Positions 51,891 through 60,579 of a stretch of DNA of 64,000 bases are shown here, piece by piece. Under the pieces are notes generated by a model that was given only the letters and a program-made list of their open reading frames with translations, ran no database searches and had not been told where the DNA came from. The stretch is from contig DASZFS010000504.1 in the NCBI GenBank assembly GCA_035939575.1, forward strand, positions 302-64,301, written 5' to 3'. The translations under genes were made by a program, and so were the position numbers. Position 1 is the first letter of the stretch. Each line of letters starts with the position of its first letter. This DNA comes from Vicinamibacterales bacterium. Its GTDB lineage: Bacteria; Acidobacteriota; Vicinamibacteria; Vicinamibacterales; CAVVIG01.

Positions 51891-51899
51891 GTTTATAAG

Positions 51900-52781
51900 A
51901 TGGGTTGTATGCGCCAGCCGTCCCTCGTCTCGCTCGGCCTCGTCGGCATGCTCGCGTGGGTCCCCGTCACAGGACATTTCGCAGTGGGCCCGCAGAGTCC
52001 ACAGGGTCGCCCGATCCAGGTCGGTTACTGCACGCCCCTCGCCAACCTCGAGGCCGCGAAGGCGGCCGGATTCGACTACGTCGAGCTGGGCACCTCGGAG
52101 ATCGCCGGGCTGTCCGACGCCGAGTTCGAGCAGGCGGCCGCGCGGATCCACGAGGTCGGCATGCCCGTACCGGCGATGAACCTGTTTCTGCCGGCCAGCC
52201 TCAAGGTGACCGGACCTGACCTCAACGTCGATCGGCAGATGGCCTACGTCAGGAAAGCGTTCGCCCGCCTGGCGCGGATCGGCACCACGATCGTCGTCTT
52301 CGGCAGCGGCGCTGCGCGGCGGGTGCCAGACGGGTTCCCGAAGGATCGGGCGTTCCAACAGCTCGTCGAGTTCGGGCGCCGTATTGCGCCGGAGGCCAGA
52401 GCGCGCGGTATCACGATCGCCGTCGAGCCGCTGCGCCCTGAGGAAACGAACATCATCAATTCGGCCACCGAGGGACTCGCGCTCGTGACCGCCGTCAGCG
52501 ACCCCGGCTTCCAGTTGATGGTGGACTTCTATCACCTCGCCAGCGTGAAGGAAGACCCCGCCATCATCGTCCGGGCGCGCGATCATATCCGGCACCTGCA
52601 CATGGCGAACCCTGACGGTCGCGTCTTCCCGCGCGCTTCGGGCGAATACGACTACGCCCCTTTCTTCGCAGCGGTCAACGCGATCGGTTACCGCCTGCGG
52701 ATCAGCGTCGAAGCGTCGACGCGGGATCTCACGGCTGACGCGCCGCCGGCGATTGCGCTCCTGCGCGGAGCGTTCCGGTGA
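51900..52781 (+). CDS. Xylose-isomerase-like TIM-barrel protein with signal peptide
   Basis: Contains FDYVELG..., TIVVFGSGAARR, ITIAVEPLRPEETNIINS and MVDFYHL...HLHMANP. ATG 51909 is an alternative start. Confidence 0.8.
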   Translation: MGCMRQPSLVSLGLVGMLAWVPVTGHFAVGPQSPQGRPIQVGYCTPLANLEAAKAAGFDYVELGTSEIAGLSDAEFEQAAARIHEVGMPVPAMNLFLPASLKVTGPDLNVDRQMAYVRKAFARLARIGTTIVVFGSGAARRVPDGFPKDRAFQQLVEFGRRIAPEARARGITIAVEPLRPEETNIINSATEGLALVTAVSDPGFQLMVDFYHLASVKEDPAIIVRARDHIRHLHMANPDGRVFPRASGEYDYAPFFAAVNAIGYRLRISVEASTRDLTADAPPAIALLRGAFR

Positions 52782-52802
52782 CCTGGAGTCAGCCTCCCGA
52801 CG

Positions 52803-53936
52803 TCATGCGGGACCCGCGCCCTGCGTGTTGACGTAAACGGCGTATAACGACTGGCTGGCCGCCATGAACAGCCGGTTGCGCTTGGGCCCGCCGAAACAGA
52901 GATTCGCGCAGACCTCTGGCAGGCGGATCCGTCCGATCAGCTTGCCCTGCGGCGTCCACACCGTGACGCCGCTGTAGCCGACGGCGCGGCCGGCGTTGCT
53001 CGAGCACCAGACGTTGCCATCAACGTCGCACCGCACGCCGTCGGGGCCGCACTTCACGCCGTCGATCATGAAGTCGGCGAAGCGCCTGGGATTCGACACC
53101 GAGCCGTCCGCGTTGACGTCGACGACGAACACGTCGCTGTTCCCCCCGGGGCCGGCGTCGCCCGGCCCTTTGCCGGTGCTGACGACGTACAGCTTCCTGT
53201 AGTCAGGAGAAAACGCGAGGCCGTTCGGATCGGGCACCTGCTGCTCGCTGACGGCGAGCGTCACTTTCCCGCTCTTGTCCACGCGGTACAGCCCGGTCGG
53301 CAGCTCGCGCGGCCCTGGCTGCCCTTCGTAGAGGCTGCGGCCGTACGGCGGATCAGTGAACCAGTAGCTGCCGTCGCGGTGCGCCGCCACGTCGTTCGGG
53401 GAGTTCAGCCGCTTCCCGTTGTAGGCGTCGGCGATCACCGTGGTTGTCCCGTCGTGCTCGTAGCGTACGACGCGCCGCGTGAGGTGCTCGCAGGACAGTT
53501 GCCGCCCGTCGAAGTCGAACGTGTTGCCGTTGGAGTTGTTCGACGGCTGCCGGAACACGGTCACGCGGCTGTCGTCGGCGATCCAGCGCAGCTGGCGGTT
53601 GTTGGGGATGTCGCTCCAGACGAGGAACTGCCCCTGCCCCGACCACGCCGGACCCTCGGCCCACAGCGCGCCGGTCCACAGGCGCGAGATCGCCGAATTG
53701 CGGATGATGTAGTTGTTGAACAGCGGATCGACGGTCACCACGTCGGGATCGGTGAAGTAGGTCGTCGGCGGCGCGTTCGGACCAAAATCGCGTGGCGGCG
53801 TCGTGATGGTGCTCGGCGGCCCCGGCGGGGTCTGCGGCGCCTGCGCGCTGGCCGCGAGCGGCGTGGCGGCCTTTGTCGATTGTGTTGCCAGGGCGGCGGC
53901 GCCCAGCGTTTCAACGAATTGGCGGCGAGTCAGCAT
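52803..53936 (-). CDS. SMP-30/gluconolactonase/LRE-family lactonase, Tat-exported
   Basis: Starts MLTRRQFVETLGAAALA, with EGPAWSGQGQFLVWSDIPNNR, NSPNDVAAHRDGSYWFTDP and PDGVRCDVDGNVW. Confidence 0.85.
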   Translation of the reverse strand: MLTRRQFVETLGAAALATQSTKAATPLAASAQAPQTPPGPPSTITTPPRDFGPNAPPTTYFTDPDVVTVDPLFNNYIIRNSAISRLWTGALWAEGPAWSGQGQFLVWSDIPNNRQLRWIADDSRVTVFRQPSNNSNGNTFDFDGRQLSCEHLTRRVVRYEHDGTTTVIADAYNGKRLNSPNDVAAHRDGSYWFTDPPYGRSLYEGQPGPRELPTGLYRVDKSGKVTLAVSEQQVPDPNGLAFSPDYRKLYVVSTGKGPGDAGPGGNSDVFVVDVNADGSVSNPRRFADFMIDGVKCGPDGVRCDVDGNVWCSSNAGRAVGYSGVTVWTPQGKLIGRIRLPEVCANLCFGGPKRNRLFMAASQSLYAVYVNTQGAGPA

Positions 53937-54888
53937 AGATGTCGTCCATGATCGCCGAAACGGCGCGCCCCAGCGCGCCGTCGACGGAAGGCTCGCGATT
54001 CCCGGCCACGGCGTCCACAAAATCGTCGATGAGCGGACGATGAACATTGTCCGCCGGCGGATGTGATTCCGTGCGCTCCGCCCCGTCAGCGGACACCACG
54101 AGTGTGCCCGAATTCAGATCGGCTGCGCGAATCGATCCGCGGGTGCCGAACACCCTCAGCGTGTCCTGCTTGTCCCGCACACAGTGCGTCACGGCCAGCG
54201 ACGCGCACGGACCTTTGATGAAGTGCAGCAGCACCGCGGCCGTGTCCTCGACCTCGCGCTTGAAGACAACGTTTGCCGTGACGGCTGCCGTGCGATCGAC
54301 CGGCCCGAACAGGTGAACGAGCACTTCGAGACGATGACAACCGAAATCGATCATCGGCCCGCCGCCGGAAATGGAAGGGTTCAACAGCCACCGGCGGGGG
54401 TGATCCGGCCCGGGGTCGAACCACTCAAAAGCGCTCATCTGAGCGAACACCGGGTGGCCGATTTCGCCCGACGCCATGACGTCTTTGACGCGCTTGACGA
54501 CTGGATAGAAATGCCTGTAGTAGGCGACGCCCAGCTTGACCCGGTTCGCGCGGCACGCCGCAACCATGCGATCGCACTCACCCGCGTTCATCGCCATCGG
54601 CTTCTCGCAGAGCACATGCTTGCCCGCGACGGCCGCCGCGACCGTCTGCTCCGCGTGCAGGTAGACCGGCGTCGCCACGTACACCGCGTCCACCTCAGCG
54701 TCCGTCACGAGGTCCCGCCAGCTCGCGTACCATCGGCGCGCGCCCAATGCTGTCGCCTCGCCGGCGCGATCGGCGCGCGCGCGGGTGATCGCAACAAAGT
54801 CGCAATCTGGCGAGTCGCGTAGCGCCGGGGCCACGCGCCGCCTCACGATGTCGCCCGCCCCGATGACACCCCACCTCAGACGTCGCAT
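53911..54888 (-). CDS. Gfo/Idh/MocA family oxidoreductase
   Basis: Contains MRRLRWGVIGAGDIVRRRVAPAL...AVYVATPVYLHAE...GKHVLCEKP. Confidence 0.85.
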   Translation of the reverse strand: MRRLRWGVIGAGDIVRRRVAPALRDSPDCDFVAITRARADRAGEATALGARRWYASWRDLVTDAEVDAVYVATPVYLHAEQTVAAAVAGKHVLCEKPMAMNAGECDRMVAACRANRVKLGVAYYRHFYPVVKRVKDVMASGEIGHPVFAQMSAFEWFDPGPDHPRRWLLNPSISGGGPMIDFGCHRLEVLVHLFGPVDRTAAVTANVVFKREVEDTAAVLLHFIKGPCASLAVTHCVRDKQDTLRVFGTRGSIRAADLNSGTLVVSADGAERTESHPPADNVHRPLIDDFVDAVAGNREPSVDGALGRAVSAIMDDIYADSPPIR

Positions 54889-54956
54889 CCGCCTCACGAC
54901 CAAGATTGATGATGAAACGATTGATGACGACCGGACTTCCCCCTCGCGCTCTTGCG

Positions 54957-57900
54957 TCAGAACCTGAGCTTGACGGCCAGCTGAACCTGACGCTCCGTGG
55001 TGCCGCACGTCGCGCACGACGGGCTGCTGAGCATGGCCGAGATCGTGCCGAACGCCGAGCTGCCGAAGGTGCTGTTCGGGTTCGCGAACTGCGGGTGGTT
55101 GAGCACGTTGAACACCTCGAGACGCAGTTCCGACGTCACGTGGCCGAACCGCGTGTTCTTGATCGCCGAGAAATCGATGTTGAAGTCGCCGGGCCCTCGC
55201 ACGCTGTTGCGGCCGGTGTTGCCGAACGTGCCGGTGGGGTCGGCCACCTGCTGGAAACAGGATGCGTTGAACCAGGCGTCAATGGTCGGGTTGCTGGCCG
55301 TCGGGTCGCAGATCGTGTTCGGGCGGTTGTTGGTGATGCCGGTCGACAGCATGCTCTGAGACGAAATGATCGTGATCGGCAGCCCGGACCGCGCGTACAG
55401 AATCCCGCTGATCTGCCAGCCACCGTACACGCGCTCCGCGGCCCAGGGCAACTCATAGATCCAGTTCGAACTGAACGTATGCGTGACGTCGTAGTCCGCG
55501 GGCCCGCGGTTGTAGGCCGGGTTGAAGATGTTCGTCAAGGTCACCGTGCCGTCATTGTCGGACGCCAGATCGATGGCCCGGCCGAACGTGTACGAGTTGA
55601 GGAACGAGAAGTGGTTCGCCGACCGGCGCTGGAACTTGATGAGGAGCCCGTTGTACTCCAGGTATCCGGTGCTCGACAGGGCGCCCACGGTGCGCAGCGC
55701 CGGATCCACGCTCGCGTACGGCCGGTTGACGTTCTGGTCCGACACGCCGACGATCGGCGGTGCCTGGTTCAGATCGGTCTTGATCGCCGCGTTCTTCGTG
55801 CGCGATCCGGAATACGCCGCCTCGACCATGTAGTTCGAGCCGAACTGCCGTTGTACGTTGACGTTGAAGTTGTGGGCGTGCGCGTCCCTGTAATCCACCA
55901 GGAACGCCGATCGCGTCGACCCCGTGGGCGGTAACTCCGGATGCACTCCGGGTGGCGCGGCCAGACCGTTCGACAGGAGGATGTTGGTGCCCAGGCTCGT
56001 CGTATTCGCCTGAGCCTGGAGGAACGGCTGGTTCTGCGCCTTCGACGAGGAGGTCCCGCCGGGCGTGAAGTTCCAGAAGAGGCCGTAGCCGCCGCGGATG
56101 ATCGTGCGGCCGTTCCCGGTCAGGTCGTACGCAAAGCCCAGCCGCGGCCCGAAGTCCGTCTTCGAGTAGGTCTGCAGGTATCGGCCGACGTCAACGCCGT
56201 TGATCGTCGCGTTGTCGGACGCGACGACGAACCGACCGGTCGAGGGATCGAAGTTGGACTGCTGGTTGTTCTGCTCCACCCACGGGACGTACAGGTCCCA
56301 GCGCAACCCGGCGTTCACCGTCATCCGGCTGGTCATCCGGATGTCGTCCTGGAAGTAAGCGGCGTACTCGGGGCGCAGCTCCGTGTAGGTGCCAGGATTG
56401 AAGAACGTCCGGCTCGCGTTGCTGGCAGTGCCAAGGAGGAAGCTGGCGACGTCGAACCCGGTGTTCGACAGCGGCGTGCAACCGCTCGTGATCCCACCGC
56501 AGTTGGACGTCTGGTTCGACAGGAAGTCGAACCGCCCGACGATCGTGTCCGCGTTGAGAATCTCGCGCGAGCGATGCGTCGCGGTGCCGCCGGCCTTCAG
56601 CGTGTGCTTCCCCATGACGTGCGTCACGTTGTCGAAGAACTGAAAGTCGTTCTGGTTCGTGATGAGCGGCTGGTTTCCGCCCGAGCCGAGGTTTCTCGAT
56701 CCATTACCGCCGTTGTTCGTGGTCGTGAAGATGATCTGGCTCAACGCGGAGGTCGTGGGGCCGAAGTTGACCCCCGGAATCCCGACCTGCTGCGCGAGGT
56801 TGGACCCGTAATCAATCGGCGTCAGCAGGAACTTGATCGAGCTCCAGCCCGCCCGGAACTCGTTCAACCAGCTCGAGCTGAACGTGTGCGTGTCGTTGAA
56901 GGCGAGCCCCTGCGCCTTGATGTTGCCGTCCCCGGAACCGAAGGTGAAGCCGGCATCGCCGCCGCGCGGCATGGTCGCCGGCAGGAAGCGATGCGTCTTT
57001 TCGAAGCTGTAGCGCGTGAAGAACCGGTTGTTCGACGTCAGCGAGTGATCGACCTTCAGGTCGATCTGGTTGTCCTGCCGCTCGAGCGTGGGGTTGAGCA
57101 GGTAGTTGTTGATAATCTGTCCGGTGGAGCTCACCACGCCGGCGGTGTTGCCCTCCGGAATCAACAGGTTCAAGATGCTCTTGGCCGCGGGATCCCATCG
57201 CTGCTGCGGAATCACGTTCCCGGGGAACGGCAGGTGCGTCAGCGGATCGTAGATGACGCGATTCAATTCCGAGAAGTCGCCGGCGCGCATCTTCGTCGAC
57301 GGTACCGTCGACAGATAGGTCAGCCCCTGATTGACTCGGAAGCCCTGATAATCGAAGAAGTAAAACGTCTTGTCCTTCACGATCGGGCCGCCCGCAGTAC
57401 CGCCGAACTGATGCTGGCTGAAATCGGGTTTCGGACGTCCCGCGCGGTTGTTGAAGAAGTTGTTCGCGTCGAACGCGCTGTTGCGCAGGAACTCGAATCC
57501 ACTGGCGTGCAGCGCATTGGCGCCCGATTTGATCTGCAGGTTGACCACGCCGCCGAGCGACCGCCCGAACTCCGCCGAGTACGTGCTGGTCTGGAGCTTG
57601 AACTCGTCGAGGGCGTCAACGCTCGGAAACAGCACGACGGTCTGGAGCCACGTCTCGTTGTTGTCCACGCCGTCGAGCATGTAGTTGTTGTCGCGCGGCC
57701 GCTGCCCGTTCGCCGAGAACGAGGCCGACGCGCGCCACGCGAGGCTCCCCGCGCCATCGATATTGGCGCCTGGAATGCCGCGCACCACGCCCGGCACGGT
57801 GCGCGTGAGGTTCACGAAATTGCGGCCGTTCAGCGGGAGCGTCTGGATCTGCTCAGTCCCTACCGTCGTGCCAAGCTCCGATGACGACGTCTGCACGAGC

Positions 57901-58265
57901 GGCGAGACGCCGGTCACGGTCACCGACTCCTCCACCGCGCCGACCTCAAGATGCAGGTTCATGCGCACGTGCTGATCGACGCCGAGATCGACGCTCGGAA
58001 CGGTGCTCGTCTTGAACCCCGACAACTCCGCTGTCACCGAGTACTTGCCCGTCGGTAACGACGGCGCCGTATATTCACCCGCCGCGTCGGTGGTCATGGT
58101 ACGCGTCAACCCGGTCCCGAGGTTGCGAAGCGTCACCGTGGCGCCCGGCATCACCGCGCCGGTTGAATCGGTTATCGTCCCGAGGATGGTGCCGGTCACG
58201 GCTTGCGCCGCGAGCGCCACAGGAAGCAGCAGCGCGACGCCAAGAGACAGAACCGCTCTCTTCAC
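54957..58265 (-). CDS. TonB-dependent receptor with N-terminal CarboxypepD_reg-like domain
   Basis: Starts VKRAVLSLGVALLLPVALAAQA followed by GTILGTITDSTGAVMPGATVTLRN...GKYSVTAELSGF, a plug segment (LPLNGRNF), a long barrel and a terminal ...LAVKLRF. GTG 58265 forms a GTGA overlap with the iclR stop. Confidence 0.85.
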   Translation of the reverse strand: MKRAVLSLGVALLLPVALAAQAVTGTILGTITDSTGAVMPGATVTLRNLGTGLTRTMTTDAAGEYTAPSLPTGKYSVTAELSGFKTSTVPSVDLGVDQHVRMNLHLEVGAVEESVTVTGVSPLVQTSSSELGTTVGTEQIQTLPLNGRNFVNLTRTVPGVVRGIPGANIDGAGSLAWRASASFSANGQRPRDNNYMLDGVDNNETWLQTVVLFPSVDALDEFKLQTSTYSAEFGRSLGGVVNLQIKSGANALHASGFEFLRNSAFDANNFFNNRAGRPKPDFSQHQFGGTAGGPIVKDKTFYFFDYQGFRVNQGLTYLSTVPSTKMRAGDFSELNRVIYDPLTHLPFPGNVIPQQRWDPAAKSILNLLIPEGNTAGVVSSTGQIINNYLLNPTLERQDNQIDLKVDHSLTSNNRFFTRYSFEKTHRFLPATMPRGGDAGFTFGSGDGNIKAQGLAFNDTHTFSSSWLNEFRAGWSSIKFLLTPIDYGSNLAQQVGIPGVNFGPTTSALSQIIFTTTNNGGNGSRNLGSGGNQPLITNQNDFQFFDNVTHVMGKHTLKAGGTATHRSREILNADTIVGRFDFLSNQTSNCGGITSGCTPLSNTGFDVASFLLGTASNASRTFFNPGTYTELRPEYAAYFQDDIRMTSRMTVNAGLRWDLYVPWVEQNNQQSNFDPSTGRFVVASDNATINGVDVGRYLQTYSKTDFGPRLGFAYDLTGNGRTIIRGGYGLFWNFTPGGTSSSKAQNQPFLQAQANTTSLGTNILLSNGLAAPPGVHPELPPTGSTRSAFLVDYRDAHAHNFNVNVQRQFGSNYMVEAAYSGSRTKNAAIKTDLNQAPPIVGVSDQNVNRPYASVDPALRTVGALSSTGYLEYNGLLIKFQRRSANHFSFLNSYTFGRAIDLASDNDGTVTLTNIFNPAYNRGPADYDVTHTFSSNWIYELPWAAERVYGGWQISGILYARSGLPITIISSQSMLSTGITNNRPNTICDPTASNPTIDAWFNASCFQQVADPTGTFGNTGRNSVRGPGDFNIDFSAIKNTRFGHVTSELRLEVFNVLNHPQFANPNSTFGSSAFGTISAMLSSPSCATCGTTERQVQLAVKLRF

Positions 58266-59197
58266 CTTCGCCCTCCATGCGCCGTCGACGCGGCGCCGTA
58301 CGAACCGCCCTCCACATATCCCAGATCGATCGAAATCGCCGCGGCGGCGCTCACGACGGCCGACGCGACGGTGCTGCCGACGAGCTCCCGTGGCATGCGC
58401 TGGATGGGCCCCGCCACGCTGATCGCCGCCACGACCTCCCCCGTATGGTTGCGGACGGGCGCCGCGACGCAGCAGACCCCCTTCTCGCGCTCTTCGTCGT
58501 CCACGCTGTAGCCCTGCTCGCGGATGACCGCCAGCTCTTTCAACAGCCGCTTGGCCGTCGTGATCGTGTTCGGCGTCAGCGCGGTGAACTTCTGCGTCGG
58601 CGCCCACACGGCCACCTCGGCCTCAGGCCGGAACGCCAGCAGCGTCTTGCCGAGGCCGGTGCAGTACGCCGGCAGGATCGCGCCGGAGCGCGAACGCATG
58701 AAGCCGGCCGGCAGCGGCGACAGCATCCGCTCGAGATATACGACCTGCCAGTGATCGAGAATCGCGATCTGCGTTGTCTCGCGCGTGGCGTCGCGCAGCG
58801 CGACGAGGTGCGGGTGCGCCGTCTCGCGCAGGTCCAACCCCCCGGCGACAATGTTGCCGAGCACAAAGCACTTGATCCCGAGTTGATACGCGCCGTGCTC
58901 TTTGGCGAGAAAGCCCGACTGTTCGAGCGTGGACAGGAGCCTGAAGGCCGTCGCGCGCGGAATCCCGGTCCGCTTGGCCAGATCGGCGAGGGAGAGGCGC
59001 GGCTCGCGGAACGAGAAGACACTCAGGAGCTCGAGCGCTTTCGCGGCCGCGTCGACAGTGTACCGATCGGTCGACGCCAACCTCTTCCGGCGCTTCGTTC
59101 TTGTCCCGGTCGACGTTGTCGAGGTTGTCGACGTTGTCGACCTTTTGGACCCCGTAGAACGTCTCGACCTGGTCGACCGGCTTGCAGGGCGTTTCAC
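58262..59197 (-). CDS. IclR family transcriptional regulator
   Basis: Contains ALELLSVFSFREPRLSLADLAKRTGIPRATAFRLLSTLEQSGFL... plus an IclR effector domain. ATG 59197 adds a 39-aa Ser/Thr/Arg/Lys-rich extension; TTG 59080 is an alternative start. Confidence 0.8.
   Translation of the reverse strand: MKRPASRSTRSRRSTGSKRSTTSTTSTTSTGTRTKRRKRLASTDRYTVDAAAKALELLSVFSFREPRLSLADLAKRTGIPRATAFRLLSTLEQSGFLAKEHGAYQLGIKCFVLGNIVAGGLDLRETAHPHLVALRDATRETTQIAILDHWQVVYLERMLSPLPAGFMRSRSGAILPAYCTGLGKTLLAFRPEAEVAVWAPTQKFTALTPNTITTAKRLLKELAVIREQGYSVDDEEREKGVCCVAAPVRNHTGEVVAAISVAGPIQRMPRELVGSTVASAVVSAAAAISIDLGYVEGGSYGAASTAHGGRR
59109..59144. repeat. 9-bp tandem repeat x4 (GTCGACGTT GTCGAGGTT GTCGACGTT GTCGACCTT), with two looser GTCGAC-like units at 59161-59178
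   Basis: Read directly. It lies in the 5-prime extension or upstream region of the iclR gene. Confidence 0.7.
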
Positions 59198-59268
59198 TGG
59201 GTGAGACGATATATCGCAGGGTGAACTGGCTTGTCAACGGGAAAGTTAGCCGCCGGCGACGACCGCGG

Positions 59269-60558
59269 TCAGCGAGACGGCGGCGTTTCCGCGGAGGGCC
59301 TGACGCGAACCGTCAGCACCAGCAGCCCGGAACAGATCGCGCTCAGTGCCAGCACGCGCAGACCGAAACGGAAGTCACCGGAGAGATCCTGCATCCATCC
59401 CATCAGGTACGGCCCGACGAAACCGCCCAGATTCCCTACGGAGTTGATCAGGCCGATGCCGGCGGCAGCCCCAGCGCCGCGCAGAAACGCCGTCGGCAAC
59501 GCCCAGAAGGGCGGCGTCGCGCTGTACAACCCAACCGCCCCACAGGACAACGCAAGGAGCGCCAGCATGGGCGATCCGGTGAACGAGCTCGAGGCCAGCC
59601 CCGCCGCGGCCAGCGCCGCGCAGACTGCCACGTGCCACCGCCGCTCGCCGGTGCGATCGGAACGGGCGGCCACGACGATCATGCCGATGGCCCCGGCGAC
59701 GAAGGGTAACGCGGTCAGCAGGCCCACGCCCAGGTTCGATCCGCCAGAGAGCCGCCTCACGATCTGCGGCAGGAAGAAACTGAACCCGTAACCGCTCGTG
59801 ACGATCAGGAACAGCACGAGCGCAAGGCGCCACACGCCCGGATCCAGAAGGCTGACCCGCACGCTGCTGACTCGCGTTCGCGGCACGTCGTCCTGCTCCC
59901 GCCGCAGCGCTTCGACCAGCCACGCCTTCTCATCGTCCGGCAGCCACCGCGCGCCGGCCGGACCGTTGCCAAGGTACGCGAGCGCGACGACACCCAGGAC
60001 GACCGCGGGTAGCCCCTCGATCATGAACAGCCACTGCCAGCCATCCAGCCCGCCCGCACCGCCGAGCGACAGCAGCGCGCCAGACAGCGGCGCGCCAACA
60101 ATGCCGGCGGCCATGCTCGCCATCGAGAACTGGGCCACCGCGCGCGCTCGCTCGCGCGCAGGGAACCAGTACGTGAAGTAGAGGACGATTCCTGGAAAGA
60201 ATCCCGCCTCCGCAGCGCCGAGCAGGAGACGGGCGGCGCTGAAGCTGCGCGGCCCGACCACGAAGAGCGTGCCGATCGAGACGATGCCCCAGACGATGGC
60301 GATGCGGGCGATCCAGATCCGCGCGCCGACGCGCGCCAGCGCGAGATTGCTCGGCACTTCGAAGAGAAAGTAGCCGATGAAGAAGATGCCGGCGCCGCGA
60401 CCGTAGTCGAGCGGGGACAAATGGAGCGCGGCGTTCATCTGCAGTGCGGCAAAGCCGACGTTGACGCGGTCGAGGTAGGCGACGAAATACAGGAGCGCGA
60501 GGAACGGGATCAACCGGCGGCGCACCCGCCGGATGGCCCGCGCCGCGACATCCGTCAC
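59269..60558 (-). CDS. MFS transporter (anion:cation symporter/ACS-type, sugar-acid permease-like)
   Basis: Contains RRLIPFLALLYFVAYLDRVNVGFAALQMNAALHLSPLDYGRGAGIFFIGYFLFEVPSNL. Confidence 0.85.
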   Translation of the reverse strand: MTDVAARAIRRVRRRLIPFLALLYFVAYLDRVNVGFAALQMNAALHLSPLDYGRGAGIFFIGYFLFEVPSNLALARVGARIWIARIAIVWGIVSIGTLFVVGPRSFSAARLLLGAAEAGFFPGIVLYFTYWFPARERARAVAQFSMASMAAGIVGAPLSGALLSLGGAGGLDGWQWLFMIEGLPAVVLGVVALAYLGNGPAGARWLPDDEKAWLVEALRREQDDVPRTRVSSVRVSLLDPGVWRLALVLFLIVTSGYGFSFFLPQIVRRLSGGSNLGVGLLTALPFVAGAIGMIVVAARSDRTGERRWHVAVCAALAAAGLASSSFTGSPMLALLALSCGAVGLYSATPPFWALPTAFLRGAGAAAGIGLINSVGNLGGFVGPYLMGWMQDLSGDFRFGLRVLALSAICSGLLVLTVRVRPSAETPPSR

Positions 60559-60579
60559 GCCGCGCGACCTCTCATGCCG

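Noticed and set aside
58623-59237. An alternative minus-strand ORF reading the 9-bp repeats as VDNVDNLDNVD.
   Set aside because: It overlaps the IclR gene in another frame. The rest of its translation is Arg-rich and featureless.
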